Below, piece after piece: positions 17,815 to 27,038 of a stretch of DNA of 64,000 bases. Location of the stretch: NCBI GenBank assembly GCA_963818605.1, contig CAWFSW010000008.1, forward strand, positions 2,589 through 66,588. Reading direction: 5' to 3'. The notes below the pieces were generated by a model. That model worked only from the letters and a program-made list of their open reading frames with translations. It was not told the DNA's origin and did no database searches. Position 1 is the first letter of the stretch; every line of letters begins with the position of its first letter. The DNA is from an uncultured Acidobacteriota bacterium (GTDB lineage Bacteria; Acidobacteriota; Terriglobia; Acidiferrales; UBA7541). The position numbers and the translations under genes were made by a program.

Positions 17815-18087
17815 TTTGCGGACGCTATTGCTGGATCCATGCACCATTATGCGGCAGACGCGGACGCGGCACAACGCCACATGGTTGGACGGCTGGAAAG
17901 AGGGAAAGTCACGGAAGTAACGTCGGTTATGCGGGGGAAAATTCCAATGCGGGACGGCGTTTCCCGATTTGAATTATCCGAGCGTGAGATGGCGAAGCGC
18001 GCGGCGTTAAGTGGTTGAAAATGCGTTAGGGGAAACGCGCTGAATGGCAAATAGAGTGGGCAGCGAAATGCAATGGGTGATGGCGTG

Positions 18088-18284
18088 GGTCGCGTTCCAA
18101 CACGATCCGCATCACACTGTGAATGGGGAGGAAGGGGCCCATTCGCGGGGTGGCACGGGTCGTTCCCACCTGCCTCTGAGAGGGAAGCTGGATGGATGAC
18201 CCCATGATCCGGTCTCGCCTAGGCCGGATCACCGGAACGCGACCTTTGGGGCCCCGGATCCCAAGCTGGGGCCCCTCTTTTTTT
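18088..18284 (+). ncRNA. candidate structured RNA of unknown class ending in an intrinsic terminator
   Basis: An 11-bp long-range helix pairs 18088-18098 with 18234-18244. Nested helices pair 18104-09 with 18225-30 and 18123-28 with 18200-05, with internal hairpins. The 5-prime end is undefined. A 59-codon ORF at 18044-18223 cannot be excluded. Confidence 0.3.
18248..18284 (+). terminator. rho-independent terminator
   Basis: GGGGCCCC-12 nt-GGGGCCCC, followed by TC and seven T residues. Confidence 0.65.
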
Positions 18285-18365
18285 CTGCCGAAGATTTCCC
18301 GTCGCTGATATCAAATCACGTCGAATCGCATGCGGCTCGACGCCGTGCGATAATCGCCATGTTCC

Positions 18366-19178
18366 ATGCGCAACATCAAGCTCACCATTGCTTACGACGG
18401 GGCGGAATTCCATGGCTGGCAGTCGCAGCCGGGAATCCGCACGATTCAAGGCGCGCTCGCTGATGCGGCGTGCAAGATCACGCAAGAGAAGGTTTTCATC
18501 CAGGGCGCTAGCCGCACCGATGCCGGAGTTCACGCGCTGGGGCAGGTGGCGCATTTCAAGACGCAGTCCGCGCTTTCGGCGACTGAATTTCAGCGCGCGC
18601 TCAACGCGCTGCTGCCTCCGGTGATTCGCGTGATCGCTGCGGAAGAAATGGGCCCGGAATTCCACGCGCGCTGGCAGGCCCAAGGAAAGACGTACCGCTA
18701 CCGGATTTATCGCGGGCGCGTGCTGCCGCCGTTTGAATATCGTCGCGCGCTGCACTATCCGTGGGCGCTTGACGAAGGCGCGATGGCCGAGGCCGCGAGG
18801 AAGTTCGAAGGCGAGCACGACTTTAGTTCGTTTGCGGCGTCGTCAGGATCGGAAGAGGATGACCGCGACCGGAACATGACTCGCGTGATTTATTCGTCGG
18901 AAATCGTGCGCGAGCCGGACCGCGAGGAGATTGCGTACGTGGTCCGCGGGCAATCGTTCTTGCGTTACATGGTGAGGAAGATTGTGGGCACGCTGATCGA
19001 AGTCGGGAAGGGAAGGCTCGCGCCGGACGACATTCCGAAATTGTTCGAGTTGCGCGACAGGACGCGGTCGGGGCCGACGGTGCCGCCGGAAGGGCTTTAT
19101 TTGGTATCGCTGGAGTTTCCCGATCCTACGGATTCGCTAGCGTCCTCTGCGTCGCGGCGGCGGTCGGCACAGTCATAG
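18366..19178 (+). CDS. truA: tRNA pseudouridine(38-40) synthase
   Basis: IKLTIAYDGAEFHGWQSQPG...ASRTDAGVHALGQVAHF, full length. Confidence 0.95.
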   Translation: MRNIKLTIAYDGAEFHGWQSQPGIRTIQGALADAACKITQEKVFIQGASRTDAGVHALGQVAHFKTQSALSATEFQRALNALLPPVIRVIAAEEMGPEFHARWQAQGKTYRYRIYRGRVLPPFEYRRALHYPWALDEGAMAEAARKFEGEHDFSSFAASSGSEEDDRDRNMTRVIYSSEIVREPDREEIAYVVRGQSFLRYMVRKIVGTLIEVGKGRLAPDDIPKLFELRDRTRSGPTVPPEGLYLVSLEFPDPTDSLASSASRRRSAQS

Positions 19179-19224
19179 GGCCGGAAAATCATGTAAAATC
19201 AGCGCTGAAGACAGTTCTTCGCAC

Positions 19225-20457
19225 GTGAACCACGAACTCATCCACGATTGGAACAGCTACTCCGAGCCGGATATTCCCGCGGGGCGGCGCGTGTTGCTCA
19301 ACGACGAAACGCTGCGCGACGGTTTGCAGAACACGTCGGTGCGCAACCCTACGATCGACGAAAAAAGCGAGATCGTTCATTTGATGGATGCGCTGGGAAT
19401 TGACACGGTGAATGTCGGTCTGCCCGGCGCAGGGCCGCGAGCTTTTGCTGATGCGGAGGCGCTGGCGCGGGAGATTGCGGCATCGCGCTTAAGAATTCGT
19501 CCGCACGTTGCGGGGCGCACGCAGAAGCAGGACATCCAGGCGATCGTTGATCTTTGCGAGCGCGTGGGTCAGCCGATGGAGGCTGCGCTCTTTCTCGGAT
19601 CCAGCCCCATCCGGCGATTGACCGAGGACTGGACTGTTGATTATTTGCAGCGCACGACGGAAGAGGCGGTGACCACGGCGGTGTCGGCCGGGCTGCCGGT
19701 GATGTATGTGACCGAGGATACGGTGCGCACCGACCCCGCGACAATTGTCGCTCTGTATTCGACCGCGATTCGCGCGGGCGCTCGCGCGATCGTCCTGTGC
19801 GATACGGTGGGGCATGCGACGCCTCGCGGGGCGTACAACCTGGTGAAATTCGCGATTGACGAAGTCGTGAAGCCGTCGGGGGAAAAAATCCGCGTGGATT
19901 GGCACGGGCACAACGACCGCGGACTGGCGGTTGCGAATTCCATGGCGGCGATTGCCGCGGGAGCGGATCAAGTACACGCTGCGGCGCTGTCGCTTGGGGA
20001 ACGCGTCGGCAACACACCGATGGAAATGATGCTGGTGAATTTGCGGCTGCTCGGGTTAATTGAGCGCGACCTTTCGCAGCTGAAGCGATATTCGGAAACG
20101 GTGGCGCGCGCGACGAATACGGTGATCCCGCCGAATTATCCGATCGTGGGGCGCGATGCCTTTCGCACGCAGACCGGCGTACACGCGGCGGCGATCGCGA
20201 AGGCGTACAAGAAGGGTGATCTGGAACTGGCGAACGCTATTTACAGCGGCGTACCGGCGCACCTGTTTGGACTCGAGCAGATTATCGAAATTGGGCCGAT
20301 GAGCGGGCGATCGAATATCGTGTACTGGCTCGGGAAGCGTGGGATTTCGGCGAGCGACGAGATCGTCGAGCGCATTTTTGCCGAGGCGAAGCAATCGGCA
20401 TGCGTGCTGACGGAAGCAGAAATTTTGGCGCTGGCGGCTTCGTCGGCGCGGCAATAA
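19225..20457 (+). CDS. HMGL-like / 2-isopropylmalate-synthase-family protein without the LeuA regulatory domain
   Basis: LNDETLRDGLQN and WHGHNDRGLAVANSMAAIAAGA motifs of the DRE-TIM metallolyase family. 410 aa, GTG start. Confidence 0.75.
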   Translation: MNHELIHDWNSYSEPDIPAGRRVLLNDETLRDGLQNTSVRNPTIDEKSEIVHLMDALGIDTVNVGLPGAGPRAFADAEALAREIAASRLRIRPHVAGRTQKQDIQAIVDLCERVGQPMEAALFLGSSPIRRLTEDWTVDYLQRTTEEAVTTAVSAGLPVMYVTEDTVRTDPATIVALYSTAIRAGARAIVLCDTVGHATPRGAYNLVKFAIDEVVKPSGEKIRVDWHGHNDRGLAVANSMAAIAAGADQVHAAALSLGERVGNTPMEMMLVNLRLLGLIERDLSQLKRYSETVARATNTVIPPNYPIVGRDAFRTQTGVHAAAIAKAYKKGDLELANAIYSGVPAHLFGLEQIIEIGPMSGRSNIVYWLGKRGISASDEIVERIFAEAKQSACVLTEAEILALAASSARQ

Positions 20458-20504
20458 ACGGTTCGCAGCTTGCCAGCAGCTAACTCCCGGGAGTAAGTAC
20501 GTCT

Positions 20505-21479
20505 ATGGCGACGACGCAGCCTCAGCCTGACATCCTGATACGGCCGCTCGCGGAAACGGAGCTGGACGAGACGCGCCGCATCATCCGCGTGGCGTTTGCG
20601 ACATTTCTCGGATTGCCCGCGGACGACGCGCGCATGGGGAGCGACAGCGATGTGGCCCGAACGCGGTGGAAGACGGACCCCTCCTCCGTCGTGGCTGCGG
20701 AGCACGGCGGAAAGCTGATCGGCTCGAATTTCGCGACGAATTGGGGCAACTTCGGCTTCTTCGGTCCGCTGACGGTCGAGCCGGAATATTGGAACCGCGG
20801 CGTCGCGCAGCAGCTTCTTGGGCCGACGATGGAAATATTTCGGCGCTGGGGCACGCGGCACATGGGTCTCTATACGTTCGCGCAAAGCCCGAAGCATATT
20901 GCGCTGTATCAGAAGTTCGGATTCTGGCCGCGCGACCTGGTAGCCGTGGTGGCGAAGCAAATCGGCGAGAAGCCCGCTGCCTTGATGTCGGAAACCGCAC
21001 GCTTCTCTGAAGTCGCGCGCGACGAGCGGGGGCGCGTGCTGGCGGCGTGCCTGGAAGTAACCGACGCAAATTTCGAGGGCCTGGACGTCGGAATCGAGAT
21101 TCGGGCCATCGCCGAGCAGAATTTGGGCGACACGATTCTGGTGTGGGACGGCGGTAAACTCGCGGCGTTTGCGGTGTGTCATTCCGGCGCGGGCTCCGAG
21201 GCAGGGTCGGGAGTCTGCTACGTAAAGTTCGCCGCTGTGCGTCCGGGGCGCCGCGCCGGCGAGGCTTTCGAGCGACTGCTCGACGCGGTGGAAGCATATG
21301 CGCGCGCGGCAAAAGCGCCGAAGGTGACGGCCGGAGTGAATCTGGCGCGTCGCGAGGCATTTCTGGCCATGATCGCGCGCGGATTCCGCACCGAGATGCA
21401 GGGCGTCGCCATGGAGACAGGCGACGCGACTTCCGGTTACAATCGCGCCGGAGTTTATATTCTCGACGATTGGCGGTAG
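20505..21479 (+). CDS. GNAT-family N-acetyltransferase (two-domain form)
   Basis: IRPLAETELDETRRIIRVAF...YWNRGVAQQLL acetyl-CoA-binding pattern. 324 aa. Confidence 0.7.
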   Translation: MATTQPQPDILIRPLAETELDETRRIIRVAFATFLGLPADDARMGSDSDVARTRWKTDPSSVVAAEHGGKLIGSNFATNWGNFGFFGPLTVEPEYWNRGVAQQLLGPTMEIFRRWGTRHMGLYTFAQSPKHIALYQKFGFWPRDLVAVVAKQIGEKPAALMSETARFSEVARDERGRVLAACLEVTDANFEGLDVGIEIRAIAEQNLGDTILVWDGGKLAAFAVCHSGAGSEAGSGVCYVKFAAVRPGRRAGEAFERLLDAVEAYARAAKAPKVTAGVNLARREAFLAMIARGFRTEMQGVAMETGDATSGYNRAGVYILDDWR

Positions 21480-21570
21480 CTATCTGCGAGCGCGGTGAGA
21501 TTTGGCGTTCCGGCGGAAATACTTGCTGCGAGAAATGCGGCGCATCGGGAGGCGCTGCGCGCGCAATTAC

Positions 21571-22879
21571 ATGGAAGTCCATGAATCCGATCGCAATCTT
21601 GACGTCGCTCACGGCACGAATCGCGTGAAACACGCTCTCATCTGCTGTATCTTTCTATGGATGGCTACGCTTTCCGCTCGCGCTACCGACGATTCGCTTA
21701 CGAAACTTGCGGGCGATCCGGCTTGCGCGCGCGGCCTCCAGTGGATTGACAAAAGCGCCGCATGGATGACCGACCAGCAGATTCGCCTGACGGAAATTCC
21801 CGCGCCTGAATTTGACGAAGCGCGCCGCGGCGAGGCCCTGAAAGAACTTTTCGCGGCGAGCGGATTCGAAGTTCGCACGGACAAGACCGGCAACGTGATC
21901 GCGGAACGGCCGGGGGCTGCCACGAAGAGCGTGATCCTTCTGGCCGCGCATCTCGACACGGTGTTTCCTGCAGGTACGGACGTGAGCGTGAAGCGCAATG
22001 GCAACCGCTTGCTCGCGCCAGGGATTGCCGACAACGGCGTGGGGCTGGCGTCGCTGGCGGGGCTGGCACGCGCTTTCGCTGAATCGCGCGTGCGCACCAC
22101 GAAGACAATTGTGCTGGTCGGAGATGTGGGCGAAGAGGGCGAAGGAAACTTGCGCGGAATGCGCGCGCTGATGGACAGCCTACGGTTCGCGGCTTGCCGC
22201 GGTGATCGCGGTGGACGGACCGTCAACCGATCACATCACGACGCAGGGCATCGCTTCACGGCGGTTCGAGGCGAGCGTTACGGGGCCGGGCGGCCATAGC
22301 TGGTCCGATTTTGGCGCGCCGAATCCGATCACGGCCATCGCGCGCGGGATCGTAAAGTTTTCCGCGATCTCCATTCCCAGCGATCCGCGAAGTTCCTACA
22401 ACTTCGGCACCATTGAGGGCGGCACTTCGGTCAATTCGATTCCGTCGGGCTCCTCCGTGAAGGTTGATCTGCGCTCGGAGGATGAAGGTGAATTGGGTCG
22501 GCTGGAAGCGGCTCTGCGCGACGCAATGCAGGCGGGCGTGAAAGAAGAGATTTCGGCTACGCGGTCCGCGAGCGATGCGCTGCAGTTGAATTTCCGTTCG
22601 CTTGGCACGCGCCCTGCCGGAAAATTGGCGGATGACGCGCCGCTCGTCGCGACGATCCGCAACGTGGACCGTTACCTGGGGAATCGCTCGCGCCTTGAGC
22701 GCAGCTCGACCGACGCGAACATTCCGCTTTCAATGGGAATTCCTGCCGTGGCGCTCGGCGGTGGCGGGCGCGGCGGCGGTTCGCACACGCTCGACGAATG
22801 GTACGACCCCGCGGGCCGCGAGATGGGGCTAAGGCGCTTGTTTCTGACCGTTGTCTCGCTGGCGGGCGTCGAACGCTGA
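21571..22879 (+). pseudogene. M20-family metallopeptidase (peptidase T / ArgE-like), reading frame broken once
   Basis: ORFs 21502..22299 and 22202..22879 are the two halves (...GDVGEEGEGNLRGMRALMDS | YGSRLAAVIAVDGPSTDHITTQG...). Removing one C at about 22179-22180 restores the frame. The start is uncertain (ATG 21571 or GTG 21625 before a signal-like segment). Confidence 0.8.
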
Positions 22880-23007
22880 AGGTTGGGCAGTGAGCATGCC
22901 TCGCAGAACTCTTCTCTTTCACTCTGGCGGAACGATCGCCGTAGCCGCCACCTCACCGACGCAATCGCAGGCCAGCCCAGACTTGTAATAGGCGAAGGAG
23001 TTGGACC

Positions 23008-23568
23008 ATGACCACGCGTCAACACAAGCCACAAACTGAACTCGGCCGAGCCGCAGTCCAGATATTTGCCGTCAACGATCGCATCAGCCAGATTCTTATC
23101 GAAGAACTTGACCCTGCCGCCTGGCGAGCTACACCGCCCGGAAACGTCCGCACCATCGCGGCGATCTTCACCCACATGCACAATGTCCGCACCAAGTGGG
23201 TCAGGCTTACAGCTCCTCACCTGAAGGTTCCGCGGCAGCTCGACCGCGCGCGCTGCACTCCGCGGCAGGCCCGCGCGGGATTGGCGAAGAGCGCCGCTCG
23301 TTGCTCGGAGATGCTCGCCGAAGCACTAGACGGTCGCGGGGGCCACGTCGAGAAGTTTCTGAGAGACGGCTGGGCTCGGCCGTGGCCGGTTGGCCCGGAA
23401 ATGTTGTGCTACATGGTTTCTCACGAAGCCCATCATCGCGGGCAGGTGTGCATGCTCGCGCATCAGCTCGGATTCCCGCTGCCGAACAGGGTGACCTCCG
23501 GGATGTGGAATTGGGAAAAGCTGTGGAAGGAGTGCGGATCGCCCCGCGGCCCCGGCTACGATTCTTAA
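23008..23568 (+). CDS. DinB-superfamily protein
   Basis: AIFTHMHNVR...MVSHEAHHRGQVCMLAHQLG is the His triad pattern of the DinB_2-like four-helix bundle. Confidence 0.8.
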   Translation: MTTRQHKPQTELGRAAVQIFAVNDRISQILIEELDPAAWRATPPGNVRTIAAIFTHMHNVRTKWVRLTAPHLKVPRQLDRARCTPRQARAGLAKSAARCSEMLAEALDGRGGHVEKFLRDGWARPWPVGPEMLCYMVSHEAHHRGQVCMLAHQLGFPLPNRVTSGMWNWEKLWKECGSPRGPGYDS

Positions 23569-23685
23569 CGAATCGTGGCCCGCGCATCGAGCCACAACCT
23601 GGCTCACTCCTTCACCGTAGCGCTTCTTGCTGACGCGGCGCCTACCGCTTAGACTCGGACCCGTGAATTCGAGAAAACCGACATC

Positions 23686-24570
23686 ATGAGCAACCGGCTG
23701 CGCGCGGATTTCGCGCTGGTCATCTGCGCGCTGATTTGGGGCGCCACATTCGTCGTGATCAAGGACGCGCTTGCGGACATGTCCGTGATCGCGTACATCG
23801 CGGTGCGATTCGGAATCGCGGCGGTGCTCATGGCGATGATCTACTGGCGCGCCGTGCGGTCGCTGACGCTGCGGGAGGTTTGGGCGGGCGCGCAAATCGG
23901 CATCTTTATGTTTGCCGGGTACATGTTCCAGATTACCGGGCTGCGCTGGACGACTCCGTCCAAGGCGGCGTTCGTGACGGGCATGTACGTGGTGTTCGTG
24001 CCGATCGTGCTCGCGATATTCGGCCGGCGGCGCATTTCGATCTGGATTTGGGCCGGCGCGCTCGCAGCGCTCGCCGGTCTCTACTTTCTTTCCGTGCCGC
24101 CGGAGGGTCTGGGCAAACTAAACCGCGGCGACCCGATTGTTTTTGGATGCGCGGTGATGTTCGCATTCCACATGATTTTCATCAGCCGGAATGTGGAGAA
24201 GTATTCGGTGGCGTCGTTGAGTTTTCTGCAGGTGGCGACGACTGCGGTCCTCGCAACAGTGCTGGTACCGATCGCCGCAGCGGCGGGATGGGAACAGCCC
24301 AGGCTGGTGTGGACTCCCTACGTGATATTCGCGGTCCTGGAGACGGCAATTGGCGCGACCGTGATCTGCTTTTCGTTGCAAACCTGGGCGCAGAAACATA
24401 CGTCGGCGTCCCGTGCAGCAATCCTGCTTACGCTCGAGCCTGTGTTTGCGGCAGTCACGTCGGCGACGCTCGGCGGTGAACGTATCGGAGCGCGGATGCT
24501 GCTGGGAGGGCTGCTTATCTTCGGTGGAATACTGGTGGCCGAATGGAAGGGTTCGGCCGAAAGCCGCTAG
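23686..24570 (+). CDS. DMT-superfamily (EamA) transporter
   Basis: About 10 hydrophobic helices with a duplicated EamA-like architecture. 294 aa. Confidence 0.85.
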   Translation: MSNRLRADFALVICALIWGATFVVIKDALADMSVIAYIAVRFGIAAVLMAMIYWRAVRSLTLREVWAGAQIGIFMFAGYMFQITGLRWTTPSKAAFVTGMYVVFVPIVLAIFGRRRISIWIWAGALAALAGLYFLSVPPEGLGKLNRGDPIVFGCAVMFAFHMIFISRNVEKYSVASLSFLQVATTAVLATVLVPIAAAAGWEQPRLVWTPYVIFAVLETAIGATVICFSLQTWAQKHTSASRAAILLTLEPVFAAVTSATLGGERIGARMLLGGLLIFGGILVAEWKGSAESR

Positions 24571-24643
24571 GGCGAGATTCCCGCGTAACCTTTTGGCTCG
24601 CTCGCAGTTTATCTAGTAGAGAACGCGTCCTGCGGAGAATCTG

Positions 24644-25228
24644 TTGAAGGCTCTGAAGAAGACACCGGACGAGCGCCTGCTCATCGAGGCGGCTCAAAGG
24701 GACCCCGCCCGCTTCGCGGAGCTTTACGAAGACAACTTCGAGCGCGTATATGCGTTCGTCGCCCGGCGCGTGTACGTCCGGGCGGACGCTGAGGATTTGA
24801 CGGCGGAGGTGTTCCAGCAGGCGCTCGCGAAACTCGGCCAGTTCGAATGGCGCGGCGTGCCTTTCACGGCGTGGCTGTATCGCATCGCCTCCAACGCCAT
24901 CGCGGATCGCTGGAAACGCGCAGCCCGGGAGAAGGGAAGTCCGATCGCGGACGGCCCTCCAGATGTGTCCGGCGGCGTGGACCCGGAGGAAATTGAACGG
25001 CGCGCCAGAATGTTCCGGCTCGTTGCGGAATTACCGGTCGATCAGCGGCGCGTGATCGAAATGCGATTCGCCGAAGAGAAAAGCATTCGCGAAATCGCGC
25101 GAGAACTTCGGCGTACGAATGGATCAATTAAGCAGCTGCAATTCCGGGCGCTCACAAGATTGCGCGCCGAGCTGAATAAGAAGGCAAGCGAGAAGCCGTC
25201 CCGCAAGTCAGGTGGACGAAATGGCTAA
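24644..25228 (+). CDS. ECF-type sigma-70 family factor
   Basis: Region 2 (FERVYAFVARRV...AEDLTAEVFQQAL...FTAWLYRIASN) and region 4 (LPVDQRRVIEMRFAEEKSIREIAREL). TTG start. Confidence 0.85.
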   Translation: MKALKKTPDERLLIEAAQRDPARFAELYEDNFERVYAFVARRVYVRADAEDLTAEVFQQALAKLGQFEWRGVPFTAWLYRIASNAIADRWKRAAREKGSPIADGPPDVSGGVDPEEIERRARMFRLVAELPVDQRRVIEMRFAEEKSIREIARELRRTNGSIKQLQFRALTRLRAELNKKASEKPSRKSGGRNG

Positions 25229-26681
25229 GCAGAACCTGAGCGAAAAACTCGACTCGATCGTGGAGATGATCGTCGGCGGACGCGGCGTCGTGGCGCAGAG
25301 CGGCGACAAGAAGTTGGAGGCGCTCGCCGGCATCGCTTCTCACCTGCGCAATCTTCCGCGCGCGGATTTCAAGACACGCCTTCGGGCGGATTTGAAAAGG
25401 AGAGCAGCCATGGCAAGCAGCGCAAAAGCAGCACCCGAGGTCCGCGCAACAGCCACGCCGTACCTGAGCGTGAGGGGAGCGTCAGCGGCGATCGAATTCT
25501 ACAAGCGGGCATTTGGCGCGACGGAGATTACGCGCCTGGTCCAGCCGGACGGAAGGATCGGGCATGCTGAGATTGATATCAGCGGAGCGCGAATCATGCT
25601 CGCCGACGAGTTTCCGGAAGCTGGTTTCAGCAGCCCGGGGTCGCTGGGCGGATCGCCCGTTCACATCCACCTCGACGTAGCGGACGTTGATGCATTGGCG
25701 GGACGCGCCTTAGCTGCTGGCGCGAAAGTGGTGCGGCCGGTCGAAGATCAGTTCTATGGCGACCGTTCCGGCCAATTCGCCGATCCCTTCGGATATACGT
25801 GGGCAATCTCGACGCGCAAGGAAAGGTTGACGACGGAGGAGATGCAGCGCCGCATTGACGAAATGTCGCGGAAGCAAGGCGAGGCAGCGGCGCCCGAGGA
25901 ACAGAAATTTATCCGCGAGGGATTCCGCAGCATTACGCCGTACCTGGTTATTCCGAAGGCGGCGCAGTTGATTGACTTTATGAAGGCGGCGTTTGGAGCG
26001 GAGGAGCAGTTTCGAATCAAGAGACCCGGTGGAGATATGATCATGCACGCCGAAGTGAAGATCGGCGACTCGATGATCGAGTTGGCGGAAGCGAACGCGC
26101 AATTTCCTCCCACTCCGGCAAGCTTGGTGCTTCGAGTGAGTGACGTTGACACCGTTTACAATCGCGCTATTGAGGCTGGGGCCACGCCGTTACATCCTGT
26201 GGCCGATACGGATTACGGCGCTCGGGGAGCATCGGTGAAGGATGATTCAGGCAACAGCTGGCATATCTTCAAGCCCAATCCCGGCAATACATTATTCGAA
26301 TCTTTCCGTACCGTGACGCCGCAGTTGAATCCGCTTCGAGCGCCCGTGGTGATCGAATTCCTGCGGAAAGCATTCGGCGCAGAGGAGCTGGATCGGGCAC
26401 AATCGCCGGACGGCGTGGTGCACCACGCGCGGGTGCGGATCGGAGATTCAATTATAGGCATGGGCGAAGCTCACGGGCCGTATCAGCCGATGCCTTGCAC
26501 GCTTCACCTCTACGTTCCGGATGCGGACGCGGCCTACGAACGCGCGCTGCGGGCGGGCGCGACTTCTCTTCAGCCTGTCGCCGATCAGCCGTACGGCGAC
26601 CGCAGCGGAGGAGTGACGGACCCGTTCGGCAACCGTTGGTTCGTCGCCACGCACCTCAGAGACGTTGCGATTCCGGAGTAA
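25221..26681 (+). CDS. protein with a ~75-aa N-terminal region of unknown function followed by three VOC (glyoxalase/PhnB-like) domains
   Basis: The start overlaps the ECF sigma stop. Three repeats of the pattern ...FYK/MKAAFGA.E......G...HAE..IG.S.I... Confidence 0.8.
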   Translation: MAKQNLSEKLDSIVEMIVGGRGVVAQSGDKKLEALAGIASHLRNLPRADFKTRLRADLKRRAAMASSAKAAPEVRATATPYLSVRGASAAIEFYKRAFGATEITRLVQPDGRIGHAEIDISGARIMLADEFPEAGFSSPGSLGGSPVHIHLDVADVDALAGRALAAGAKVVRPVEDQFYGDRSGQFADPFGYTWAISTRKERLTTEEMQRRIDEMSRKQGEAAAPEEQKFIREGFRSITPYLVIPKAAQLIDFMKAAFGAEEQFRIKRPGGDMIMHAEVKIGDSMIELAEANAQFPPTPASLVLRVSDVDTVYNRAIEAGATPLHPVADTDYGARGASVKDDSGNSWHIFKPNPGNTLFESFRTVTPQLNPLRAPVVIEFLRKAFGAEELDRAQSPDGVVHHARVRIGDSIIGMGEAHGPYQPMPCTLHLYVPDADAAYERALRAGATSLQPVADQPYGDRSGGVTDPFGNRWFVATHLRDVAIPE

Positions 26682-26686
26682 CTCCG

Positions 26687-27030
26687 ATGACCGCAAACGA
26701 TTTTCGACACACGGCGCTGAGCTTTCCGGAGGCGGTCGAAAGCTCTCACATGGATCATCCTGATTTTCGGGTGGGTGGAAAAATCTTCGCCACGCTCGGC
26801 TACTTCGACAAGGGCTGGGGAATGGTGAAGCTGATGCCGGACCAGCAGGAGGAGTTCGTGCAAGGCTCAGCCGAAAGTGTTCGTGCCGGCGAAAGGCTAT
26901 TGGGGCAGGCTTGGATCCACGTGCGTGCATCTGAAAGCGTGCGAAGAAGACTACGTTGCGGAAGGCGCTTGTCGCGGCATGGCTGAATACAGCTCCGAAG
27001 AGGCTGGCCGCGAAATTTCAGAGCGCGTAG
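26687..27030 (+). pseudogene. MmcQ/YjbR-family protein, reading frame broken twice
   Basis: The native sequence is recovered across three frames: MTANDFRHTALSFPEAVE...EEFVQ | AQPKVFVPAKGYWGRLGSTCVHLKA... | LRKALVAAWLNTAPKRLAAKFQSA. One shift is near 26864, the other lies between 26935 and 26956. Confidence 0.7.
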
Positions 27031-27038
27031 TCTGACAG

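Noticed and set aside
18140-18244. TPP-riboswitch-like string GGGGTGG...CTGAGA...ACCCCATGATCCGG.
   Set aside because: The pyrophosphate-sensing half (CCTGATCYGG...CCRGCGTAGGGA) is absent or replaced. The spacing between ACCC and TGATC is too short. The downstream gene is truA, not a thiamine gene. I kept the region as an unclassified structured-RNA candidate instead.
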